DNA of 64,000 nt from Spirochaetota bacterium (lineage in GTDB: Bacteria; Spirochaetota; UBA4802; UBA5550): assembly GCA_963664815.2 (NCBI GenBank), contig CAXXHB010000003.1, positions 2,912,001-2,976,000 on the forward strand, read 5' to 3'. A model generated the notes under the pieces. The model worked only from the letters and a program-made list of their open reading frames with translations. It did no database searches and was not told the DNA's origin. The position numbers and the translations under genes are program-made. The first letter of the stretch is position 1; every line of letters begins with the position of its first letter. Of this stretch, positions 29,401 through 39,292 are shown in pieces.

Positions 29401-30753
29401 TTATATTTTTTTCAAAAGCTCGACAAGTTCTGCTTTACCTTTAATCTCTATAGGTCTTGTATTTGCAAATTCAAGAGCTTTCGGAGATACATCACCAGTT
29501 GTTATTATGAGAATCCTTGTAGCATTACGTGGTCTCATTGTTTCATGAATCTGTCTGAAATAGACATCAGACAACATGTCCGTTGTCCTGTTTACTCTGA
29601 TAATTCTATTGGACTGCCTTGTGTTTCGCCATTTTCCTTCAGTTTCAATGGCCATAATTTCTATTTCGGTGTCACTTATTATTTCGATATCTGTAATGTT
29701 ATAATTCATACTTGCTACAATTTTTCTTGTCATATGCTCAAATTGAGCAAGACCGGCAATCATAAAATCTTTAATCCGGTCATCCTGCCTGAATTCGGCA
29801 TACGATCCAAGTTTCTGCTGGACATCACGGAATTTCGGGTTTACTTCAGCAATTTTTTCCCAGTTGATAATTGCAGCATGAACATCTCTCATCTTCTCCT
29901 GGCATTCTGCCAGGAAGTATCTCAGGTTAAGTTCAGTATCACTCCCTTTTTTAGCAAATTTGACTCCGCGTTCAAATTCCATTACAGCTTTTGGAAACTG
30001 AGTTTTTTCCATGAAACAAGTACCACGAGCAAGCAGACTTTTCACTTTGAGATCGTCACTTTTCATAGAGACTTCAAATTCTTTCAGTGCCCATTCATAA
30101 TCCCCCTGCTGCCTGAGTACCAGGCCCAGATAATAATGTGCCTGATAATTTATAGGATCAAGTTTTATAGTATTTAAAAAGTATTGCTTGGCATCGGCAT
30201 ACACACCATTTTTGTAGTATATATGTCCCAGATAATAAAACGACTGATCATGTTTGGAGTTTAATTCCGCGCTTTTTTTAAAATAATTGGTGGCTTTATC
30301 CAGCTGCCCCAGATTATATGTAATCAGTCCTAGCTCAAAAAAATTCTCATAGTTTGCAGGATCAAGTTTTGTAAGAAGCAGATATTCCTTTCTTGCATCT
30401 TCCATAGCTTTTTTATCTTTGTATATTTTAGCAAGTGTTGAACGTATATAGACCTCTTTTATTTTGTCATCAAACCTGCCGAACTTAAGCACCTGCCTGA
30501 ATTCCAATATTGCGTATTGATTGTTACCCTCTGCTTTATAGGCTTCTGCAAGAAGAAAATGAGCATATGGATTCCGGTCATCTTTTTCAATTATTTCAGT
30601 AAGCTTCTTGATAGCAAGCTTGGTCTGACCGGCCTCAATCATCTTCTGAATTTCTTCTATTTTCTTAGGAAGAACATATACGCTAAGAATATAAAGTATT
30701 ATGATAGTAAATATTATGAAAAAAAGAAAAACAAGAATATAAGTAAAAATCAT
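29401..30753 (-). CDS. membrane-anchored TPR protein with C-terminal Mrr-like domain (paralog of 22783-24354)
   Basis: N-terminal TM, about eight TPRs, then QFEHMTRKIVASMNY...ILIITTGDVSPKALEFANTRPIEI...L.ELL. Confidence 0.78.
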   Translation of the reverse strand: MIFTYILVFLFFIIFTIIILYILSVYVLPKKIEEIQKMIEAGQTKLAIKKLTEIIEKDDRNPYAHFLLAEAYKAEGNNQYAILEFRQVLKFGRFDDKIKEVYIRSTLAKIYKDKKAMEDARKEYLLLTKLDPANYENFFELGLITYNLGQLDKATNYFKKSAELNSKHDQSFYYLGHIYYKNGVYADAKQYFLNTIKLDPINYQAHYYLGLVLRQQGDYEWALKEFEVSMKSDDLKVKSLLARGTCFMEKTQFPKAVMEFERGVKFAKKGSDTELNLRYFLAECQEKMRDVHAAIINWEKIAEVNPKFRDVQQKLGSYAEFRQDDRIKDFMIAGLAQFEHMTRKIVASMNYNITDIEIISDTEIEIMAIETEGKWRNTRQSNRIIRVNRTTDMLSDVYFRQIHETMRPRNATRILIITTGDVSPKALEFANTRPIEIKGKAELVELLKKI

Positions 30754-30841
30754 AACTTAACCTTAATATTTTTTTATCCCGGGCTTAAACAGTGAGTCAA
30801 TAGACCGGTTTCTTTCAGCAAAAAATTCTTTATATAAAAGA

Positions 30842-30897
30842 AGCAGCCCCCGTACCCCCAAACTGACTTTGCCCCACTGGGGATACGGGGGCTGCTC
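30842..30897 (-). ncRNA. GC-rich hairpin, copy 1 of a repeated structured element (candidate sRNA or terminator)
   Basis: 19-bp stem fully paired only on the minus strand (one G-U), 17-nt loop, followed by TTCTTTT. Confidence 0.45.
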
Positions 30898-30992
30898 ATA
30901 TTTATTTTAACTTCTATACATTACAGATGACTTTAAAAATTAAATATAATTTCATTGACAAATTTTTTCTATAAAAAAGTATAGATTTAAAT

Positions 30993-31065
30993 GGGGGCGT
31001 AGCTCAGCTGGGAGAGCGCATGAATGGCATTCATGAGGCCAGGGGTTCGATCCCCCTCGTCTCCA
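30993..31065 (+). tRNA. tRNA-Ala(GGC)
   Basis: cloverleaf with G3-U70, anticodon loop ATGGCAT and TTCGA T-loop; CCA not encoded; TTGACA at 30955. Confidence 0.97.
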
Positions 31066-31081
31066 GTTTAAGTCCTCTTCT

Positions 31082-31576
31082 CTATTCATTATAAACAAAC
31101 TCTTTGCCATGTATTGTAACAATTCTTTTAATCAGATAATTTCTTTTCCCGGCTGGAATAACTACTGTGACTTTGTCACCAATAGATTTATTCTGTAAAG
31201 CTGCCCCAATTGGAGACGATACAGAAATCTTTCCTTGTGATGGACTTACCTCATTAGACGAAACAAAAGTAAAAATCACCTCATCATCCGTATCAATATC
31301 AACGACCGTTACAGTAGAACCATATCCAACTTTATCATCAGAAATATCTGTCACATTCAAATCATTCAGCTGATTAAGCTGTTCAGTTAACTGAGCGATC
31401 CTGGCCTTAACAAATGATTGCCTCTCTCTGGCTGCATGATACTCTGCATTTTCTTTTAAATCGCCATATTCACGTGCTTCTGATATAATCTTCGGCAGTT
31501 CAACTTTATACTCATGTTTTAGTTTTTCAAGTTCATCTCTGACTTTCTGCTTATTCGCTTCGAGTTCAGTACTCAT
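31082..31576 (-). CDS. greA: transcription elongation factor GreA
   Basis: AREYGDLKENAEYHAARERQ and ISVSSPIGAAL; start reset to MSTELE with an AGGA RBS. Confidence 0.95.
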   Translation of the reverse strand: MSTELEANKQKVRDELEKLKHEYKVELPKIISEAREYGDLKENAEYHAARERQSFVKARIAQLTEQLNQLNDLNVTDISDDKVGYGSTVTVVDIDTDDEVIFTFVSSNEVSPSQGKISVSSPIGAALQNKSIGDKVTVVIPAGKRNYLIKRIVTIHGKEFVYNE

Positions 31577-32022
31577 TCCTATCTCCCTGGCACTAAAAGA
31601 TTTAATTGCTAGTACCATCATTCTGTAATTTAATCAACAATTTTACTTTTTTTTCACCATCTCTCTTTAAAGTAAAACCACTTTCTTTTAATTCTTTTTC
31701 AATCCTGTAAGACATTAAATCAACAATTTTTTTTGTCATGCGTTCTTCCCTGAACCTCAGATTACTTTATTCTCCATGGATGATATCAATAAAAACTGTT
31801 TTTTAATACTATTACAAAGAAAAGCATTTATTTTTACCATTTATTAAACAGAGAATAAGCCATAAATCATTCCGTGATTTATTTTTTATATATACAGTTT
31901 CGGTAATAATCATTCTTAAGAATAAAATAAAAAAATAGACGAATAGAACAACTATAAAAAATACTCCAGGTTCACTATCTCCCTGGTATAGAATAAATAC
32001 AATATTTCTTTTTAAATTTAAC

Positions 32023-33435
32023 TTATTGCACCCTATCGCACACTACAACTTTTCCCATCATTGAAAGCTCTTTTTCAAGTTTACGGCTGCCAACCACAAC
32101 TGTTACCAAACCTTGCTTAAAAATTTTACTGCTTTCACCTGTAACATCCAATTGAGTAACACTATTAATGTTATCAAGATAATTTTTAAAGTATTCCGTA
32201 TCAAGGTCATTGTATTCAATTTCGAAGAAATTAGCCAGCAGGTCATCAATATTATTAAACTTAAAAACATAACTATTTTTTATCGATTCTTTCGCCCATT
32301 CCAGCTCCTCTTTAGTGACAGGTTCGTTACACATTTTATTGATATTATCACGTATAAGAGAAAGAACCTCTGTTACAGATTCATTTTTTGTCTGTGCAAA
32401 AGATATAAATACACCGGTATTTCGCCTGTTCCTGATTAAAGAATACACGGAATATGCAAGCCCCCGCTTGACTCTTATTTCGTTCATCAGTCTTGAATTA
32501 AATGATCCTCCACCCAGAATATAGTTCACAATGTAAAGGGCATAGTCTCCACTGTACTTTATATCTGGAGCAAGTGTTCCTGTATAGATAGTAGCCTGTT
32601 CCAATTCAGACGGGATAAGATATATTACACCTGATGAAGATTTTATATCAGCTAAAACCTTCTCCCTATCAACAGAATAGTATTGCCTCTTGCCACTAAC
32701 AATTTCAGAAAGTTCACTTCCGGCAAGAGTTATGATCTCTCTCTCTCCAATGGAGGAAGATACCGCAATATTAATATTGCCACCTGTTACAAATTTCTTC
32801 CATAATTCTTTAAGTATTTCAGTATCAACCCCCCCAATACTTTTTTCAGTGGGTACCGAACCGTAACCAGAACCTCCGAATATAATTTCCCGCAATTTCA
32901 GTACTCCTGCCTCTTCAGGTTCATCCATATCTCTTCTCACTTTTTCTATTACCAGTTTTTTTGATAATTTTACACCCGCTTCATCAAAAACAGGATTTTT
33001 AAGGATATCTCCAAGTATTTTGAATGCCAGGCTGCTGTATTTACTCAAAACCTTTATTTCAATCCCGATATTTTCCCACCCTGCAGAAATCTGAATCTGT
33101 CCACCAACAGATTCAAGCTCCTCATTAAGTTTATTCCCCGGATAAGCTGCCGATCCTCCAATGGTTAACGCTTTGTTCAGAACTTCTGTGATTCCGGCAT
33201 TACTGCTGTTTTCATACAACTTGCCAAAAGATATTGATACATATATAACAGTAACAGGCAGATCGTTTTCAAGATAATAGAAGTTTATCTCATTCTTCAT
33301 CCTGTTTTTTTTCACTTCCGGGAGAGAAGAAAGAAAATCTGAACTGAATGATTTTCCAGTTTCAGCCACCGATAAATCCGGAGAAAACAACAATACGGAC
33401 AATAAAACCGTATAAATTGATAATATTTTTTTCAT
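32023..33435 (-). CDS. M16 peptidase, non-catalytic subunit (exported)
   Basis: signal peptide, ILGGGSFNSRLMNEIRVKRGLAYSVYS; lacks HxxEH. Confidence 0.9.
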   Translation of the reverse strand: MKKILSIYTVLLSVLLFSPDLSVAETGKSFSSDFLSSLPEVKKNRMKNEINFYYLENDLPVTVIYVSISFGKLYENSSNAGITEVLNKALTIGGSAAYPGNKLNEELESVGGQIQISAGWENIGIEIKVLSKYSSLAFKILGDILKNPVFDEAGVKLSKKLVIEKVRRDMDEPEEAGVLKLREIIFGGSGYGSVPTEKSIGGVDTEILKELWKKFVTGGNINIAVSSSIGEREIITLAGSELSEIVSGKRQYYSVDREKVLADIKSSSGVIYLIPSELEQATIYTGTLAPDIKYSGDYALYIVNYILGGGSFNSRLMNEIRVKRGLAYSVYSLIRNRRNTGVFISFAQTKNESVTEVLSLIRDNINKMCNEPVTKEELEWAKESIKNSYVFKFNNIDDLLANFFEIEYNDLDTEYFKNYLDNINSVTQLDVTGESSKIFKQGLVTVVVGSRKLEKELSMMGKVVVCDRVQ

Positions 33436-34931
33436 TTGCCACTCCTGTCATCACAAAGTACTGCCACTGTCCTGTAATTATCCCTTACAAACTTGTCATA
33501 AGCAATCTGAATATCCTCAACAGTTAACTTATTAATTGTTTCAATATAATCCGCTATATATCGCCAGTCTCTGAATACTGTCTGAAAATAACTCAGCTGT
33601 CCTGCAATACCTCCATTGTTATCAAGCATAAAAATGAACGACGATTCGGAAAGAGTTTTAACTCTGTCAATCTCTACCGCATCAACTTCTTTCCGGAATT
33701 TGGCCATTTCTGAATATATCTCCTTTTCAATATCCTCAGGACTTACTCCATCAACCGGAACTGCATAGATCATAAACATATTATCATACCTTGAACCCGG
33801 AGCGCCATTCCAGGTATATATTGCTGAGGCCATTTTTTTCTCAAGAACAAGTGATCTGTAAAATCTTGATGCCTTACCGCTGCCAAGCGCAGATGAAATT
33901 ATATCAAACGCATAATCATCTTTTGATGGAGCTGTTGGTTTCTTCCACCCGATTATCATGGATGGCCGTGATTTAAAATAGACTTTAATTCTTTTTTCAC
34001 CAGTCTGTTCCGGTTCAATCACCTTTATTTCACCAGGCTCTGGACGGGGTTCTATACCTTCAAAATACTTTTTTATAATTCTATAAGTCTCTTCTGTATC
34101 CTGTTTCCCGACTACTGTTATAGTCATCCTCGAGGGAATATAAAAGTCATTATAAAACTTTTTAATGTCATTGATCGACATGTACTTTATATTGGATTCC
34201 CATCCTATAGTAGGATGCCTGTATGGATGCGCGGAGTATGCTGCTGCAAAAAAAGCCTCCTGCAGAATTCCGTCGCCACCAGACTGTGACCTCATTAATC
34301 TCTCTTCAAATACATTATCTCTTTCACTGTAGTATTCCCTGAAAACAGGATGTTTCAATCTGGCAGATTCAGTTTCTGCCCACATTTCTATTCTGTCTGA
34401 CGGGAGTTCTATATAGTAACCCGTCATGTCCCTGGAGGTAGAAGCATTAAACATCACGCCGCCATTAGATGTATAAAGCATATCATATGGAGAACTTATA
34501 ATCAGTTTTGCATTTTCTTCCTGAAGCTTCTTAAATTCAGCTTCCAGTTTTTTAATCTCTCCACTTGAAGGATTTTCAAGTTTAAGACGGTCAATAGTTT
34601 CCCCTACAGCCTCAAGGCGGTCAAGAACCGGTTTCTCCTTCTTATAATCCTTTGTACCGAGTTTATCAGTTCCTTTAAAAAGCATATGCTCCAGAATATG
34701 CGCTGCACCCAAGGTTTTATAACTCTCATCAACAGAACCAACTCTGAAAGATATATGAAAAGCAAGCGTCGGAGAAAAACCCCTGTCCAGCATTAATAGC
34801 ACTATGCCATTATTCAGTTTCTTTTCCACAACCTTGTTTCTGAAATAACGTGTAGCGCTAAGTTCAGACGGATAATTATCACTCGATACCATCATGAAAA
34901 TCAATATTACTAAAAAATAAAACTTTTTCAT
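33432..34931 (-). CDS. M16 zinc peptidase, catalytic subunit (exported)
   Basis: GAAHILEHMLFKGT, NASTSRD.T.Y and HPYRHPTIGW. Confidence 0.93.
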   Translation of the reverse strand: MKKFYFLVILIFMMVSSDNYPSELSATRYFRNKVVEKKLNNGIVLLMLDRGFSPTLAFHISFRVGSVDESYKTLGAAHILEHMLFKGTDKLGTKDYKKEKPVLDRLEAVGETIDRLKLENPSSGEIKKLEAEFKKLQEENAKLIISSPYDMLYTSNGGVMFNASTSRDMTGYYIELPSDRIEMWAETESARLKHPVFREYYSERDNVFEERLMRSQSGGDGILQEAFFAAAYSAHPYRHPTIGWESNIKYMSINDIKKFYNDFYIPSRMTITVVGKQDTEETYRIIKKYFEGIEPRPEPGEIKVIEPEQTGEKRIKVYFKSRPSMIIGWKKPTAPSKDDYAFDIISSALGSGKASRFYRSLVLEKKMASAIYTWNGAPGSRYDNMFMIYAVPVDGVSPEDIEKEIYSEMAKFRKEVDAVEIDRVKTLSESSFIFMLDNNGGIAGQLSYFQTVFRDWRYIADYIETINKLTVEDIQIAYDKFVRDNYRTVAVLCDDRSGK

Positions 34932-34959
34932 CTATACCTCTTTTCTCCATCCATCATTA

Positions 34960-35385
34960 TTACTTTTTTCTGTTTTCATCATCCCTTATAATCTCTTCAG
35001 CAAGAATCTTAAGTTTAGGATGAATTTTCACTTCAATTTCATCACTGGAAATATGACCATCTGTTTCTATATCGTTTTTATCTTCAGACGGAGACTTCAG
35101 CCATTTGTTAAGCGCAAACATCATTCTTGCGAAAATCTCGTCTACTCTGTCCTGCCTGTTGATCATTTTATAAAATTTAAAGGCTATCAGAGGTTGTTTC
35201 TTATCAAAATAATAATAATCAGCCACGCGCATTATACCGTCACGATAACCGGCCTTAACAAAATATTTTATCGCTTCCGTAATGTTTCCATCGTTGAAAT
35301 ATTCATTACCTTTTCTGGCAAAAGCAACTTTTTCATCATCTTTCATATCACGCACCCGTATTTCATACGTATAATTACCCGGCAA
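34960..35385 (-). CDS. hypothetical protein with a TPR-like segment
   Basis: RKGNEYFNDGNITEAIKYF; start uncertain (TTG 35385 or the internal MKDDEK). Confidence 0.65.
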   Translation of the reverse strand: MPGNYTYEIRVRDMKDDEKVAFARKGNEYFNDGNITEAIKYFVKAGYRDGIMRVADYYYFDKKQPLIAFKFYKMINRQDRVDEIFARMMFALNKWLKSPSEDKNDIETDGHISSDEIEVKIHPKLKILAEEIIRDDENRKK

Positions 35386-35550
35386 AATGCTAAAAAAAAA
35401 TTATAACTTGACAAAGATATTTTAATTATCTCAAATCAGGCGTCTACATTTAATTATTATATAATCTTAGCTATTATCAATAATGATGGTGTTTCAAAGA
35501 CTAATTAAAGAACACAAATTTGTCAATGCTGTTTATTAAGGGAGAAATAT

Positions 35551-36318
35551 ATGTATCCTATACTTTTTAATTATAAATTAATAACAATAGGTTCATACGG
35601 ACTGCTTCTCGGTCTTGCTTTTTACATTTCCTTTCTGCTTCTTGAAAGAGAATTCACACTAAAAGAAATTGACCCTGAACTTGCGTATAAACTACTTATC
35701 ATAATTATCCCTTCAGCTATCATCGGGGCAAAAATATTTCATATTTTTGAAAATTTTGAAGAATTTATATCCGCTCCATCTGCAATGATATTTTCCGGCG
35801 CAGGGCTTTCAGTTTACGGAGGATTTGTACTGTCGTTTATTGCATCAATAGTTGTAATAAAAAAGAATAATGAAGGCGTGCTTAAAATATTCGATACAAC
35901 ATCTCCATCAATGGCTTTAGGTTATGCCATAGGACGACTGGGCTGTCACGCTTCAGGTGACGGATGTTACGGTATACCTACTGATTCTTTTTTCGGCATG
36001 GCCTATCCTAATGGGATTGTTCCTATAACAGTAAACGTATTCCCGGCTCCTCTTTTCGAATCATTCGCTTCATTGATTTTTTTCCTTATTTTAATGAGAC
36101 TCCGCAAATCTGGATTTAAAACAGGCACTCTTTTTTTTACTTATCTTATCATGAACGGGTTAGCAAGATTCTCGATTGAGTTTATAAGACTCAATCCAGT
36201 AACAACCATCGGGCTTACACAGGCGCAAATTATAGCTATCTGTTTTATCTTTTGTGGAATTGCAGGATTTATTTATATCAATAAAAAAAGTCCTGTGTTA
36301 AAACAAAATGCCGCTTGA
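35551..36318 (+). CDS. lgt: prolipoprotein diacylglyceryl transferase
   Basis: MYPILF, IGAKIFH, GLSVYGG, GYAIGRLGC and RFSIEFIR. Confidence 0.93.
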   Translation: MYPILFNYKLITIGSYGLLLGLAFYISFLLLEREFTLKEIDPELAYKLLIIIIPSAIIGAKIFHIFENFEEFISAPSAMIFSGAGLSVYGGFVLSFIASIVVIKKNNEGVLKIFDTTSPSMALGYAIGRLGCHASGDGCYGIPTDSFFGMAYPNGIVPITVNVFPAPLFESFASLIFFLILMRLRKSGFKTGTLFFTYLIMNGLARFSIEFIRLNPVTTIGLTQAQIIAICFIFCGIAGFIYINKKSPVLKQNAA

Positions 36319-36397
36319 GCAATAGGAGAGATCTTCAAATAATTGCCCGATTATCTCTGCAAATGGAACACTTTTTATTAACTAATAAATAAAAAAA

Positions 36398-36430
36398 TAA
36401 AGGATGAGCTGTATTAAAACTCATCCTTTA
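36398..36430. terminator. bidirectional terminator between lgt and rpmE
   Basis: TAAAGGATGAG...CTCATCCTTTA with a flanking A-run. Confidence 0.7.
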
Positions 36431-36457
36431 AGATTCAAATTTATTAATTAAATATAA

Positions 36458-36658
36458 TTATTTAATGTTGTATTTCTTCTTAAATTTATCAACTCTTCCT
36501 GCAGTATCAATAATCTTCTGCTTTTTAGTATAAAAAGGGTGACAATTAGAACAGATCTCAACGTGAAGATCTTTTACAGTGGACCTTGTTTCAATAACAT
36601 TCCCACATGCACAGTGAATCTTTGTTTCAGCATAATCCGGATGTATTCCAGGTTTCAT
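36458..36658 (-). CDS. rpmE: 50S ribosomal protein bL31 (zinc-binding type)
   Basis: [24 protein letters not shown] and DTAGRVDKF. Confidence 0.97.
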   Translation of the reverse strand: MKPGIHPDYAETKIHCACGNVIETRSTVKDLHVEICSNCHPFYTKKQKIIDTAGRVDKFKKKYNIK

Positions 36659-36709
36659 AGCTTTTTTTATCTCCTGTAACTTGTGTATTTTCTTTTTTAT
36701 CATGCATTT

Positions 36710-38062
36710 TCAGGCTGTATTCATCGCCCTGAAAAATGCCTTGTTATTCTTTGTAGCCTTCATCTTCTCAACAAGAAGCTCCATTGCTTCAGTGGCACTC
36801 ATGGAAGCAAGAGCTTTTCTTAATACCCATAATTTATTTAACTCTTCTTCGTCAAGCAGTAATTCTTCTTTTCTTGTGCCCGACTTATTAATATCTATAG
36901 CAGGATAAATCCTTCTATCCGAAAGCTTTCTGTCAAGATGAAGTTCGCTGTTTCCTGTACCTTTAAATTCTTCGAAAATAACCTCATCCATTCTGCTTCC
37001 TGTATCAATCAAAGCTGTTGCCAGAATAGTAAGACTCCCACCCTGCTCAATGTTTCTTGCAGCTCCAAAAAACCGTTTTGGCTTATGAAGAGCATTGGAA
37101 TCAACGCCACCAGAGAGTATTTTTCCACTTGTAGGGACAACCTGATTGTAGGCTCTGGCAAGCCTTGTTATTGAATCAAGAAGAATAACAACATCCATTT
37201 TTCTCTCTACAAGCCTTCTTGCTTTATTTATCACCATTTCGGCTACCTGAACATGCCTGGTTGCCTGCTCATCAAAAGTTGAAGATACTACCTCTCCTCT
37301 TACTGATCTTGCCATATCGGTTACCTCTTCAGGCCTCTCATCTATGAGAAGAACAATAAGGTATATTTCCGGATGATTCTTTGTTATTGCATTTGCTATT
37401 TTCTGAAGAAGAATGGTTTTCCCTGTTCTTGGAGGTGCTACTATAAGTGCTCTTTGACCTTTGCCTATTGGTGTCATGAGGTTCATAATCCTCATCTCAA
37501 CTTCAGTGCCTTCAGTTTCAAGATTTATTCTCTGTTGCGGGTAAAGAGGAGTGAGATCATCAAACATTACTCTCCTGTGAAGATTTTCCGGATTTTCATA
37601 GTTAATCGCCTCAATTCTCAGAAGCGCAAAAAATCTCTCATTATCTTTTGGAGGACGTATCTGACCCGCAACTGTATCACCGGTTTTAAGTCCAAACAAC
37701 CTTATTTGAGACGGAGAAACATAAATATCATCAGGACCTGGAAGATAATTGTAATTAGGCGATCTGAGGAAACCGTAACCATCACTGAGTATCTCAAGTA
37801 CTCCACTGGCAAAAATCAGCCCTTTCTGCTCGGTCTGCCCTTTTAAAATCTCAAAAATGAGATCCTGCTTTTTCAGACCTGATGTTCCTTCGAGTTTCAT
37901 TTCTTTGGCAAGACTGTATAGCTCAGTAATAGTCTTCGCCTTCAGTTCACCAAGATCAAGCTTATAGCCTTCGTTCCCTTTTACCCCTGCGAGTTTATCG
38001 TCAATTAAACCTTCTTCACAATCTGCATTCAGGTTGTCATTCATTTCACTGGCTTTTGGCAT
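36710..38062 (-). CDS. rho: transcription termination factor Rho
   Basis: [44 protein letters not shown] and EEFKGTGN. Confidence 0.98.
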   Translation of the reverse strand: MPKASEMNDNLNADCEEGLIDDKLAGVKGNEGYKLDLGELKAKTITELYSLAKEMKLEGTSGLKKQDLIFEILKGQTEQKGLIFASGVLEILSDGYGFLRSPNYNYLPGPDDIYVSPSQIRLFGLKTGDTVAGQIRPPKDNERFFALLRIEAINYENPENLHRRVMFDDLTPLYPQQRINLETEGTEVEMRIMNLMTPIGKGQRALIVAPPRTGKTILLQKIANAITKNHPEIYLIVLLIDERPEEVTDMARSVRGEVVSSTFDEQATRHVQVAEMVINKARRLVERKMDVVILLDSITRLARAYNQVVPTSGKILSGGVDSNALHKPKRFFGAARNIEQGGSLTILATALIDTGSRMDEVIFEEFKGTGNSELHLDRKLSDRRIYPAIDINKSGTRKEELLLDEEELNKLWVLRKALASMSATEAMELLVEKMKATKNNKAFFRAMNTA

Positions 38063-38222
38063 GTTTTATCCTTTGAGTATTGTTTTATTCTTTTCATTCT
38101 AACTTAAGAGGTAAATCAAAAATGCCTTTGCTTAAAAATCTATTCGTTTCGAAATTTATGATTATTAAACAGCAAAAAGAGGTGTTCGGGGTAAAACAAC
38201 AAAGACACTTATATTTAAAAAT

Positions 38223-38251
38223 ATGATATAAAAATGATAATTTTGAGTCAA
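38223..38251 (-). promoter_or_regulatory. sigma70-like promoter of rho-rpmE
   Basis: TTGACT-17 nt-TATCAT on the minus strand. Confidence 0.6.
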
Positions 38252-38341
38252 GAGAAATATATAAAAAAAATATTTTTTTTTAATATATCTTTTTTTATTA
38301 TTCCTGCCATTATGGCATAGTTAATGTAATAAAAAATTGAA

Positions 38342-39292
38342 TTACTTGTTAACTTCTATGCTGAATTTCCGGATCTTTGAACTCAATGCCTGCCGCGAAA
38401 GCTTCAGAACTTCTGCTGATTCATCAAGGTTTTTGCATTTTCTGATTGTATCCACTAATATATGTCGTTCAACAGCCTCTATAATTTCATTAAAGGATTT
38501 TGCTCTCAGGTCAACTCCAGGAAGTCTTACATCCTCAGATCCTGAATTTTTTTTATCACAGAAGATAAGAAATCCAGATTTCCTTTCATTACTAACAAGT
38601 GGAATTTTTTCATAAAATATATCAAGCTCATCATTATGAAATATTAAATCATTTTCATCAAGGCCTGAAAAAAGCTCATTCTTAAGAGGATCACTGAATA
38701 TTTTTTCAAGCAGTTCTACGTTTACTTCTGCTCCATACTTTTCTGTATAAAGATCCTCAAAATGACTATTATAAAAAATTGTTCTCCCATTTTCATTGAT
38801 TGCATAAAGTCCTCTGGGTATATGTTCAAGAATAAGATAAATCATCCAGTCAAGAGCCTGATCCTCCTGCTGTTTTTTCACCTCGCTTTCCTGATTCACC
38901 CCCCTTGTATCGCACGCAGTAAAAAGCTGAACTCTGTTCCACTTTCCCTGCACTTCACCGAAAATATTAATTACAACAAATTCCCTGATTTTCCCATATT
39001 GGAGAAGATCATCAAAAGACATTTTAGCCGCATTGCGGGTTATAAATTCATCAATCTTTAATTTTTCAACACGTTCAATATCACTTAATTCAGATATGAT
39101 ATTCTGTTTTTTAAGTATACCGATTAAAAGACCTCTTTTTGATATTACAGGTATTATCGGTACATCATGGACATAAAAAAGACGCACAACATCTTCCGGA
39201 CGGGCGCTCTGGTAATCATAGGGATTTTCGGTGAACTCTTTTGTTTCAATATCACCGTTTCTTGTCTCTTTATTTATTTCTTCTTCACTCAT
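38342..39292 (-). CDS. CBS-like + PAS-like + Fis-type HTH protein
   Basis: IPVISKRGLLIGIL (CBS), ILEHIPRGLYAINENGRTIFYN (PAS) and VERHILVDTI...SAEVLKLSRQALSSKIRKF (HTH_8). Confidence 0.75.
   Translation of the reverse strand: MSEEEINKETRNGDIETKEFTENPYDYQSARPEDVVRLFYVHDVPIIPVISKRGLLIGILKKQNIISELSDIERVEKLKIDEFITRNAAKMSFDDLLQYGKIREFVVINIFGEVQGKWNRVQLFTACDTRGVNQESEVKKQQEDQALDWMIYLILEHIPRGLYAINENGRTIFYNSHFEDLYTEKYGAEVNVELLEKIFSDPLKNELFSGLDENDLIFHNDELDIFYEKIPLVSNERKSGFLIFCDKKNSGSEDVRLPGVDLRAKSFNEIIEAVERHILVDTIRKCKNLDESAEVLKLSRQALSSKIRKFSIEVNK

Noticed and set aside
29545-30177. 210-aa plus-strand ORF, and similar ORFs such as 1537-2265, 37373-37846 and 20423-20875
   Set aside because: These are antisense shadows of well-supported genes, with no motifs of their own.
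22783-30753. Active type IV restriction or CBASS-like defence island
   Set aside because: The nuclease and patatin catalytic motifs are degenerate, and there is no cyclase, methyltransferase or mobility gene.
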